Assembly (NCBI GenBank): GCA_964602245.1
Contig: CAZRPY010000001.1
Location: 88,246-152,245 of the forward strand
Reading direction: 5' to 3'
Source of the DNA: an uncultured Methanosarcinales archaeon
GTDB lineage: Archaea; Nanobdellota; Nanobdellia; Woesearchaeales; JACPIF01
Length of the DNA: 64,000 nucleotides
Shown here: one piece after another, positions 39,545-47,973 of the stretch
Numbering within the stretch: position 1 is the first letter of the stretch
How the letters are laid out: every line of letters begins with the position of its first letter
Program-made: the position numbers and the translations under genes
Notes under the pieces: generated by a model
Told to the model about the DNA's origin: nothing
Databases searched by the model: none
What the model saw: only the letters and a program-made list of their open reading frames with translations

Positions 39545-40290
39545 TTGAAACCTTTGAATTCGTTCTTTGCTGTCTCCAAAGCCTCTTTCCAGCCTACATC
39601 AAACCATTTTTCATTAAAGATTTTACCATATACAGGCTCTCTTCCTATAAGCCATATCATGAAATAGCCCATTTTATCAGCATTATTTCCATCATTGAGG
39701 TATTTTTCAATTAAATTAATTTTTTCTTTTGGAAAGAAGTAAGCGCCTTGAGAAATTAAAGTGGTTTTTGGCGTTGGAGATTTTTCCATAAACTCAATAA
39801 ATTTTCCGTCTTCATCAATAACTACAGTGCCTTGCTCCTGAGCAACCTTAATTGATTTTGAATCGTGTAAGGGATTGACAATAGCCTTTCGTTTCTTGAA
39901 TTCTTCAAACGCTGTCTTAAGTGAAAAATTAAAAAGATTATCCCCTGCAACGATTAAAAGGTCATCATTAATTTCTGCCTTTTCTAGAACGAAACTGATG
40001 TCGCCAATCTGGCCGAGTCTATTTTCATTTGAAGTTGTTTCATCATTATAAAGAGTTACTGGAACCTTACATTTGAAGGATTTGAGCCATTCCTGGAAGA
40101 TGCTGTGGAATTTCTGATTAGTTACTATATAAATATGGTTGACTTCTTCAATTGTAAGAATATTATTAATGATATGTTCAATTATTGGCTTATCATTAAC
40201 TGGAATCAATGGCTTGGGAGTTTCTTGAGTAAGTGGCCAAAGCCTGGTTGCATATCCAGCTGCTGGGATTATTGCTTTCATAAGAATCAC
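39541..40290 (-). CDS. sugar-1-phosphate nucleotidyltransferase (likely UTP--glucose-1-phosphate uridylyltransferase)
   Basis: [28 protein letters not shown] canonical GxGxR motif; 249 aa. Confidence 0.8.
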   Translation of the reverse strand: MILMKAIIPAAGYATRLWPLTQETPKPLIPVNDKPIIEHIINNILTIEEVNHIYIVTNQKFHSIFQEWLKSFKCKVPVTLYNDETTSNENRLGQIGDISFVLEKAEINDDLLIVAGDNLFNFSLKTAFEEFKKRKAIVNPLHDSKSIKVAQEQGTVVIDEDGKFIEFMEKSPTPKTTLISQGAYFFPKEKINLIEKYLNDGNNADKMGYFMIWLIGREPVYGKIFNEKWFDVGWKEALETAKNEFKGFK

Positions 40291-41576
40291 CTACCAACTG
40301 AGATGTACTTAAATCCTAGTTGTTTCATTTTTAGAGGGTCAAATATATTTCTTCCATCTATAATTATTTTTGTTCTCATTAGATCTCTTATTTTTTCAAA
40401 ATTTAGCTCAGAGAATTCTTTCCATTCTGTAAGGATAAGCAAGGCATCTGAATTTTCTGCGACTTGATAAGGATTATCATAATATTCTACGCCTTGCAAG
40501 ACTTCTTTTGCCTTTTCCTCTGCCTTTGGGTCATAAGCTTTTATTATAGCACCTTCATGCTTTAAAGTGTTAATGATCTCTATTGAAGGAGCACTTCTCA
40601 TATCATCTGTATTAGGCTTGAAAGCCAAGCCAAGAACTCCTATGTTTTTGCCTTTAACAATCCATAGTGCTTTTTCCACTTTTCTTATGAAATCAAATTT
40701 CTGTAGTTCATTGATTTCTTCAACTGCTTTTAGCAACTTAAAGTTATAGCCGTATTTATCAGCGATTTTAATGAAAGCTGCAACATCTTTTGGAAAGCAA
40801 CTTCCACCGTAGCCAATACCTGCATTAAGGAATTGTCTGCCTATTCTTTTATCATAGCCCATGCCATCTGCAACTTTTGTAACATCTGCTCCCGTAAGTT
40901 CACAAATATCAGCTATTGCATTAATGAAAGATATTTTAGTTGCTAAGAAAGAATTTGAGGCATGTTTAATTATTTCTGCACTTCTTATATCTGTTATAAC
41001 TATTGGAGTGTTTAAAGGCTCATAGAGCTTTTTCATTAACTCTGCAGCCTTTTCAGATGATGTGCCTATGACAATCCTGTCTGGATGAAAAGTGTCATAA
41101 ACAGCGCTGCCTTCTCTTAAGAATTCTGGATTAGAGACAACATCAAAGGGAACATTATTTATATTATACATTTGTATGGTTTCAGCAACCTTCTCGCCAG
41201 TTTCTACTGGAACAGTACTTTTTTCTACTATAATCTTATAGCTATCTAAATGCTCTGCAATGCTTCTGGCAACATTTTCAACATAAGAAAGGTCTGATTC
41301 ACCACTTTCTTTTGAAGGAGTACCTACACAGATAAAAATAATATCGCTTTTCTTAATAGCCTCTTCCATATTTGTAATGAAGATAAGTCTTTTGGCTTTC
41401 ATGTTTTTATGAACTAATTCATCTAAGCCTGGCTCGTAAATAGGGATAATGCCTTTATTCAAGTTTGCAATCTTGTGCTCGTCTATATCAACGCCTACTA
41501 CGTCATGGCCGAGCTCCGAGAGCATGGCAGCAGTGGTGAGCCCTACGTATCCAATTCCTACGATTCCAATCTTCAT
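40287..41576 (-). CDS. ugd: UDP-glucose 6-dehydrogenase
   Basis: MKIGIVGIGYVGLTTAAMLS NAD motif, GGSCFPKD catalytic Cys, 429 aa. Confidence 0.9.
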   Translation of the reverse strand: MKIGIVGIGYVGLTTAAMLSELGHDVVGVDIDEHKIANLNKGIIPIYEPGLDELVHKNMKAKRLIFITNMEEAIKKSDIIFICVGTPSKESGESDLSYVENVARSIAEHLDSYKIIVEKSTVPVETGEKVAETIQMYNINNVPFDVVSNPEFLREGSAVYDTFHPDRIVIGTSSEKAAELMKKLYEPLNTPIVITDIRSAEIIKHASNSFLATKISFINAIADICELTGADVTKVADGMGYDKRIGRQFLNAGIGYGGSCFPKDVAAFIKIADKYGYNFKLLKAVEEINELQKFDFIRKVEKALWIVKGKNIGVLGLAFKPNTDDMRSAPSIEIINTLKHEGAIIKAYDPKAEEKAKEVLQGVEYYDNPYQVAENSDALLILTEWKEFSELNFEKIRDLMRTKIIIDGRNIFDPLKMKQLGFKYISVGR

Positions 41577-41577
41577 T

Positions 41578-42780
41578 TTATTTACCTCTCACAGAATATT
41601 TTCCTAGAACAATTTGTTGCAGTTCATTTCTCTTTTTCATAGTACGTATAAGTTGTCTTAACCTAAAAGAGACATTAGAGTTCGAAGTGAAACAAGTTTG
41701 AATTTGATATAGAGTAATTGTTTTATTCGAGAAATTGGTTAATATGTGTTTTCTAATGGCTGTAGCTTCATCCTTCAAACGAGCTTTTCGTAGTGTGGTT
41801 TTAGCCATCTTTACTTTTCTTTGAAAAACTTCTTCTCTATGTAATAAACTTAGGTCATATTTTTTAAGAAGACTGAACAAACGAGAAAGTTGAATAACTC
41901 CTTCTGAGCTGATTCTTATGACCCACTTATCTCCTTTTTTATTTTTTGACCAAGATATACCGAATCTTGTTAATAATTTACCAAATTTTTCAAGAAGTAG
42001 TAAATTTCCCTCTTGATGTAATGTTATCTCAGAGTTTGACTTTGCTTTAGACATTCCAGCTTCATCCATAAAAAATGCGCACAAGAGAGCTAGCTCATAT
42101 TCTTTTCCTAGTGATTCAGATGCCTTAATTATATTACTTCTTATGGCCTTTCCAGAATCCAGTTTTGTCATAAATGATCCCGCCTTTCTGATTAACTGCG
42201 GGATAGTTAGACCATGTTTGGTGCTCTGTGGAAGTCTATCATAAATAAAACCCATCTTATTTAAGAGCTCTATTATTTTTAATTGCCCTTCTGGTTTTTG
42301 ATACCAAACAAATTTGTTTTTATCCTTTCGAATATGACCATCACCAACAGAGAGACAAAAAATAAAATGCCAAAGCGGGCTATATATGATGGGGAATTTA
42401 CCGGCGAAGGTGATTGAGCTACTTCCACAGTCATCGTTAAATTGTACTATTTCATTAAGAAGAGTCTTTTCTGCAGACAAATCTACAATCTTTTTAAAGG
42501 TTTGAGTGTCAATTTTTTCATTTTTAGTAAAGTTATGAAACCAATAATCAGGGACATTTAGAGTCTTAGCGATGTGAAATTTAAATCTATGGCTACTTGT
42601 TAAAAGATTTATTATGTCATCTTTTGCTTTATCGGTAAGTTTTACATACCCCAAAATATCCCAAGGAAATACTAAATTTTGATTTTGATTTTCCATAATT
42701 TGTCCAGATTTGGGAAAGTCAAATAAAAATGTATTGGATTTGGAATTTGGAAGTAAAACTCTCTTTAGCATCGTTCCCAT
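41578..42780 (-). CDS. double-motif LAGLIDADG-like protein (homing-endonuclease fold candidate)
   Basis: Two candidate motifs, FIFCLSVGDGHI and LLCAFFMDEAGMS, about 100 aa apart. 400 aa basic protein. Confidence 0.35.
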   Translation of the reverse strand: MGTMLKRVLLPNSKSNTFLFDFPKSGQIMENQNQNLVFPWDILGYVKLTDKAKDDIINLLTSSHRFKFHIAKTLNVPDYWFHNFTKNEKIDTQTFKKIVDLSAEKTLLNEIVQFNDDCGSSSITFAGKFPIIYSPLWHFIFCLSVGDGHIRKDKNKFVWYQKPEGQLKIIELLNKMGFIYDRLPQSTKHGLTIPQLIRKAGSFMTKLDSGKAIRSNIIKASESLGKEYELALLCAFFMDEAGMSKAKSNSEITLHQEGNLLLLEKFGKLLTRFGISWSKNKKGDKWVIRISSEGVIQLSRLFSLLKKYDLSLLHREEVFQRKVKMAKTTLRKARLKDEATAIRKHILTNFSNKTITLYQIQTCFTSNSNVSFRLRQLIRTMKKRNELQQIVLGKYSVRGK

Positions 42781-42850
42781 ATGGCTTTAGAATGCTGGCA
42801 TATTTAAATATCTTACCTTTATCCTACTTTATGCGATAGATTTAAATAGA

Positions 42851-43675
42851 GTGTTATATTTCTTGCAAATATCAAATATGAAAGAGAAGATTAGCATTAC
42901 AATTGAAAAGAACGTAATTGATGAGATAGATTCAATTATTGATAATATTTATATAAGGAACAGAAGCCAGGCAATAGAGCATTTGGTTAAGACTGCCCTT
43001 GGGGAGAATAAGATTGCTGTGATATTAGCTGGGGGACCAGAAGAACAGTTAAGAACAAGAACAAAAAAGTTTTGTTTTGAGCTTGAGGTTAAAGGACTTA
43101 GCTTAATAGAGAATGTTATTAAAAAGTTAAGAGACAGCAAATTTAAGACTATTTATATTATAGGGAGGCATGCTATTATTACTAAGATATTTGAGATAGT
43201 TAAAGATGGAAATGATTATGGTGTAAAAGTTAATTATTTTGAAGAAAAGATTTCTAAAGGAACTGCTGATTCCTTAAGAATCCTAAAAGGAAAGATAAAT
43301 ACTACATTTCTAGTGGTTTATTGTGATATATATTTTGGCAGAATAAATTTAGATGAGATTTGGAAGGATCATTTGAAACAAGGAGCTTTGTGCACTTTAA
43401 TGCTTACAACCTCTCCTAAGCCTAGTGAGAAAGGTACTGTTGTGGTTGAAGGAACTAAGATACTGCAGTTTATACAGAAGCCTAGGCAATCAGATATATA
43501 CCTAGTGTTTTCTCCTATATTTGCTGCTGAGCCTGAGATATTTGATTATGAGGGCAGTAGCTTGGAAAAAGATGTATTTTCAGCATTGGCTGAGAAAGGT
43601 TTGTTGAATGGGCATATGAGTTCAGAGAAAGAGATACATGTGAGGAGCAGGGAAGAGGCTGATAGGATAAGGTAA
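42851..43675 (+). CDS. ribbon-helix-helix domain fused to nucleotidyltransferase-like domain (paralog of 3805..4563)
   Basis: NRSQAIEHLV RHH signature, then AVILAGGPEEQLRTRTKK (degenerate G-loop) and an NTP_transferase-like fold. Confidence 0.6.
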   Translation: MLYFLQISNMKEKISITIEKNVIDEIDSIIDNIYIRNRSQAIEHLVKTALGENKIAVILAGGPEEQLRTRTKKFCFELEVKGLSLIENVIKKLRDSKFKTIYIIGRHAIITKIFEIVKDGNDYGVKVNYFEEKISKGTADSLRILKGKINTTFLVVYCDIYFGRINLDEIWKDHLKQGALCTLMLTTSPKPSEKGTVVVEGTKILQFIQKPRQSDIYLVFSPIFAAEPEIFDYEGSSLEKDVFSALAEKGLLNGHMSSEKEIHVRSREEADRIR

Positions 43676-43676
43676 A

Positions 43677-44699
43677 ATGCAAATTTCTAAGAAAGAATTA
43701 AATAAGCTAAAGAAGATTAGAGAAGAAATTAGAAAAAGTTCTTTTAAACCAATAGGTTGGATAAAAAATCCACATCTGCAAACTATAATAGGTGTTTCTT
43801 CTAAGTTTAAGGGAGAATTTGAGAGTAAAAGATTAATAATTCCTGTTGAGAAAGGAAAGGTTGCTGTAGATTGCTCATGGAAATTTAATAGAGAGAATAA
43901 GCCTACATTAATTATAATGCATGGAATTGTTGGATCTAGCTCTGCATCTTATGTTAAGAGAATTGCTTATAAAGCTTTTAAGAATGGGTTCAATGTTGCT
44001 AGAATAAATTTAAGAGGTTTTGGTAATACAGAGCATTTATCTGAGAAAATATATCATGCTGGACAGAGTAATGATATGAAGCGAGTAATAAATTATATGA
44101 ATAAGAAATATAAGCTCAGTAAATTTTATCTTTTAGGATTTTCTTTAGGAGGGAATTTGTGCTTGAAATTTGCTGGAGAATCAAAAGATAATAAGGTTAG
44201 AGGTGTTGCTTGCATATCGCCATTAGTTGATTTAGAAGTGAGCTGGAAGCCAATAGAAAATCCAGAGAACATACTTTATAGAGTAATATTTATCAAAGGT
44301 TTAAAAAATCTTATAAGAAGAAAGGCAAAACTATTTCCTAATATCTATTACCTTAAAAAATTAAAAGGTCTAAATACAATTAAAGATTTTGATGAGAGAT
44401 ACCAGGCATCTTTAAATGGCTTTAAGGATGCTATTGATTACTATAAGAAAACAAGTGCAATCAGGGTTATTAATAAAATTAGGATTCCTACTTTAATTAT
44501 TCATTCTCATGATGATACACTTACACCTTATGAGCCATTAACTAGAAAAGATGTTAGGGATAATCCTTATATTATTATTCTTATATCGCATTACGGTGGG
44601 CATGTGGGATTTCTTGGGAAAGATGAAAATGAGGATAGACATTGGGCAGAGAATAGAGTTATGGAGTTTTTTAAGATTCTAGAATCGCAAGGCTTTTAA
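43677..44699 (+). CDS. alpha/beta hydrolase (YheT-like)
   Basis: GFSLGGN nucleophile elbow; HG oxyanion region; 340 aa. Confidence 0.75.
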   Translation: MQISKKELNKLKKIREEIRKSSFKPIGWIKNPHLQTIIGVSSKFKGEFESKRLIIPVEKGKVAVDCSWKFNRENKPTLIIMHGIVGSSSASYVKRIAYKAFKNGFNVARINLRGFGNTEHLSEKIYHAGQSNDMKRVINYMNKKYKLSKFYLLGFSLGGNLCLKFAGESKDNKVRGVACISPLVDLEVSWKPIENPENILYRVIFIKGLKNLIRRKAKLFPNIYYLKKLKGLNTIKDFDERYQASLNGFKDAIDYYKKTSAIRVINKIRIPTLIIHSHDDTLTPYEPLTRKDVRDNPYIIILISHYGGHVGFLGKDENEDRHWAENRVMEFFKILESQGF

Positions 44700-44721
44700 A
44701 TATCTCTTTATTACCTAGCTT

Positions 44722-44841
44722 TCGTGGACGGTCATAGTGGCATGGTTCCACCTGATCCCATTCCGAACTCAGAAGTTAAACATGCCAACGTCTTGGATTG
44801 TACTGTACTTTAGTACGGGAAGTCCAAGAAGCTGTCCCACT
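44722..44841 (+). rRNA. 5S ribosomal RNA (archaeal type)
   Basis: ggtcatagtggc...ccgaactcagaagttaaac...ggattgtactgtactttagtacgggaag aligns to archaeal 5S. The terminal helix GUGGACGG pairs with CUGUCCCAC. Followed by T-runs. Confidence 0.85.
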
Positions 44842-44941
44842 TTATATTATAATAGATTAGATTTTTCTTTGTTTTTTGATTCTATTTGCACTCTTCGGCA
44901 TATTGCTATACCTAGAGTCCGCTTCTCATATATTTTAATGT

Positions 44942-45026
44942 GCACTAGCGGACCAATGGCATAGCCTCGTGTTCGAGGCTCGTAATGCTAATTATTATTC
45001 TTTCAATACTTTTTGCTTAATGCAAA
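44942..45026 (+). repeat. conserved structured element, copy A (gcact..gcggacc, hairpin gcatagcctcg-loop-cgaggctcgtaatgc, T-rich tract, ttgcttaatgcaa)
   Basis: Near-identical to 60431..60524 over about 90 nt in the same orientation; extended 11-bp bulged hairpin. Confidence 0.6.
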
Positions 45027-45050
45027 TTCGATTTCTATAAATACTATCTT

Positions 45051-46151
45051 TCATAAATCTATCTCTACTTTGCCTTCTTTCTCATTGACATCCTTTATAA
45101 TCTTATGCCCTTTCAATTTCTCTTTAATCTCTTTCCAAGAATACTTTTGTCTGGCTTTTTTGAGTTCTGTAAGGATTTCTTGGATAAGTTGATAGTTGTT
45201 ATAGATAGCTTCTGCCCGGCTTCTTTCTAGCATTTCTTGTTCTTCAAGCTCTAATATTTTAGCTTGCTCTTGCTCAATTATTTTCCTTAGCTTATTGATT
45301 TCTTTTTCATACTTGCTAGATTTTTTAGAAACAGTTTGATAATATGTATCTATTGCTTCATTAAAACTGGGAAATTCTTTTTTAGGATAATCTTGATAGA
45401 GCTTTAAGTCTATAGGAACTACATCAATTGCTTCTTGATTATCTTTTGAGTAAATTATAAATGCCTTTATTTTTGAGTCTAGTAAGTTGCTTAGATTTTC
45501 AAAAAGCCTTTTAATTTCCTGGCCCGAAAGAGCTTTCTTGGTTTTATCTAGCCCACTTAAAAGACAGAGTTCTTCTGCATAAATGCCACTAAGACCAATT
45601 TCAATTGCCAAAGTCTTAACAATAGAATCTCTAGAGCTTTCTTTTACTATTTTATTGAATTGATTAAAATCCTCTGAAAATAGATTATAACTAGATTTTG
45701 GATAAATGTATTTAATTCCTTGTATTATTTGTCTGTCTTTAAAAGACTGATTTTCAAGGGCTTTAAGTATTATGCTGTCTTTATCGCATAAAATAACATT
45801 ACCTTTGCCAAACATTTCAAATATCAGATAATAGGTTTCCTTAGCTAGCTCGAGTTTTATTATTCTTTCAGAATCTATTTGAGAAATGCTCTTTAATCTT
45901 GCATTAGTCAGATATTTTCTTAGATATTGAGAGAAATTGCTGCCAGTAGCTTCTATTTTTTGTTTAGTAAAGCAGAAGTATTTTCCTAAGGATATTTTTA
46001 AAAGTTTCTTACCTTTAGAAGTAACATAAAATTCTAATAGCCATGTAGAATCTTGTTTGGATATCTTGTCTAATCTTGCGTTTACTAAAAGGGATAATTC
46101 TGAAAGCAAGAATTTGTAATCAAGAGAAGATAATTTGTCTTTCATTTTCAA
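45051..46151 (-). CDS. NFACT-N domain protein (Rqc2/FbpA homolog, apparently lacking NFACT-R)
   Basis: MKMKDKLSSLDYKFLLSELSLLVNARLDKI resembles the NFACT-N start; coiled-coil C-terminal region; 366 aa versus roughly 650 in typical archaeal homologs. Confidence 0.5.
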   Translation of the reverse strand: MKMKDKLSSLDYKFLLSELSLLVNARLDKISKQDSTWLLEFYVTSKGKKLLKISLGKYFCFTKQKIEATGSNFSQYLRKYLTNARLKSISQIDSERIIKLELAKETYYLIFEMFGKGNVILCDKDSIILKALENQSFKDRQIIQGIKYIYPKSSYNLFSEDFNQFNKIVKESSRDSIVKTLAIEIGLSGIYAEELCLLSGLDKTKKALSGQEIKRLFENLSNLLDSKIKAFIIYSKDNQEAIDVVPIDLKLYQDYPKKEFPSFNEAIDTYYQTVSKKSSKYEKEINKLRKIIEQEQAKILELEEQEMLERSRAEAIYNNYQLIQEILTELKKARQKYSWKEIKEKLKGHKIIKDVNEKEGKVEIDL

Positions 46152-46175
46152 ATATTTGTTAATAGTATTTTAATA

Positions 46176-47936
46176 TTATTTTACTGTTACACTTTTGGCA
46201 AGATTTCTTGGTTTGTCTGGATCTAGACCTTTTTCAACAGCTAGATAATAGGCGAGTATCTGTATGGGTATTATGCTTAAGATTGGATTAGCCATACCAT
46301 ATTCAGGAACTTTTATGAAATAATCGTATACCTCATTATTATTGCTATTAATTCCAATTATATAGCCACCTCTGGCTTTGACTTCCATTGCATTTGACAG
46401 GATTTCTTTTTTTGTATGTTCTGTTGATAAAACAATGACAGGAATTCCTTCTTCTATTAATGCTATTGTGCCATGTTTAAGCTCTCCTCCGGCAAAGCCT
46501 TCAGCATGAATATAGCTTACCTCTTTTATTTTTAATGCTCCTTCTAATGCACTTGGATAAGCCAGATCTCTGCCTATTAAGAATATGCTATGATGATTTT
46601 TAAGATTGTTTGCTAAATTCTTTAATTTCTGTTCATTTTCTTTTATAATTTTATTAACCTCCATAGAAGATTTTATGACTAACTTTTTTCCATCATTTAA
46701 CTTATTTACACAGCCATAAGCAAGCATAGTAAGTATTGCTAACTGAGCTGTATAACTTTTAGTGCTTAATACACATATCTCTGGACCACAGTTCATCATT
46801 ATATTCTCATCAGAGAGAAGAGTTAGAGTAGAGCCTACAACGTTTGTAATAGAAATGATTTTAACGCCTTTTGATTTTGCTGTTTGAACTGCTTCAAGCA
46901 GGTCTGCTGTTTCTCCTGACTGGGATACTGCTATCATTAGAGTTTTATTTGTAAGGAATTCCTCATAATTCTTGAACTCGGATGCTAAAACCACATTTAC
47001 ATGCTTTTTTGCAATATGAGAAAAGACATAAGATGCTGAGACACAAGCATGATAGCTTGTTCCACAGCCTACTAAAAATACTCCAAAAGCCTTTTTTATA
47101 GCATTAATAACTTTTTTAATAAGCTTAGGATCCTGCTGGACTGATTTTTTAATAGTAGAGCTTTGCTCTTCAATCTCTTTCATCATAAAATGCTTATAAT
47201 CACCTTTCTTTGACTGCTCAAAATCCCAGTGCATAAGGAATATCTTTTTCTTGACTGGCTTGCCCGTCTTGAAATTCAGGATTTCTATTTTTTCATTAAT
47301 AGATACCATTTCATTATCAGCAAGAAGCAATGATTTTTTAGTAGATTCTATAAAAGGGCTGAAATCAGATGTAATATAAATACCATCTTTGGCTAAGCCT
47401 AATACTAATGGTGAATTTAGCCTTGCCCCAAGGATAGTATCTGAGGTTTCTTCAACAGCAACTATTGAAAAGCTGCCCTTTAATTTTTTTAAAGTTTCAA
47501 GGAAGGCTGCCCTGACATTTTTTCCATTTTTCATGAAATATTCTATTAAGTTGGGGATAACTTCTGTGTCTGTTTCGCTAATAAATTTAAAGCCTTTTGA
47601 TTGCAGAAAATTTTTAAGCTCCTGATAATTCTCTATTATACCATTGTGCACAACTGCTATCCTGAAATTATTTGAAAAGTGCGGATGCGCATTTGCTTCA
47701 GTAACTTTGCCATGAGTTGCCCATCTTGTGTGACCTATTGCTAAATTTGATCTGCTGAGGTTAAGGTCTTTAATAGTAATATCCTCAATTTTGCCAACTT
47801 TCTTTATGTAGGTGAATTTACTGTTTTTAGAACAGATACCCCAGGAATCGTAGCCACGGTATTCTAATTTTTTAAGTCCTTCTAATACAATTTCTACAGC
47901 ATTTCTTTTTCCTTTATAGCCAATTATTCCACACAT
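46176..47936 (-). CDS. glmS: glutamine--fructose-6-phosphate aminotransferase
   Basis: MCGIIGY N-terminal nucleophile; two SIS domains; ends KPRNLAKSVTVK; 586 aa. Confidence 0.95.
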   Translation of the reverse strand: MCGIIGYKGKRNAVEIVLEGLKKLEYRGYDSWGICSKNSKFTYIKKVGKIEDITIKDLNLSRSNLAIGHTRWATHGKVTEANAHPHFSNNFRIAVVHNGIIENYQELKNFLQSKGFKFISETDTEVIPNLIEYFMKNGKNVRAAFLETLKKLKGSFSIVAVEETSDTILGARLNSPLVLGLAKDGIYITSDFSPFIESTKKSLLLADNEMVSINEKIEILNFKTGKPVKKKIFLMHWDFEQSKKGDYKHFMMKEIEEQSSTIKKSVQQDPKLIKKVINAIKKAFGVFLVGCGTSYHACVSASYVFSHIAKKHVNVVLASEFKNYEEFLTNKTLMIAVSQSGETADLLEAVQTAKSKGVKIISITNVVGSTLTLLSDENIMMNCGPEICVLSTKSYTAQLAILTMLAYGCVNKLNDGKKLVIKSSMEVNKIIKENEQKLKNLANNLKNHHSIFLIGRDLAYPSALEGALKIKEVSYIHAEGFAGGELKHGTIALIEEGIPVIVLSTEHTKKEILSNAMEVKARGGYIIGINSNNNEVYDYFIKVPEYGMANPILSIIPIQILAYYLAVEKGLDPDKPRNLAKSVTVK

Positions 47937-47973
47937 GTTGTTGCTTTTGATATATAGTTGATATATAGATTAA

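Noticed and set aside
44737-44964. 75-aa ORF from the six-frame track
   Set aside because: It lies almost entirely within the 5S rRNA gene and its terminator region, so it is a spurious frame.
44942-45026. tRNA gene hidden in the conserved element
   Set aside because: The hairpin loop is 4-5 nt with no TTC T-loop signature. No cloverleaf with acceptor-stem pairing could be built.
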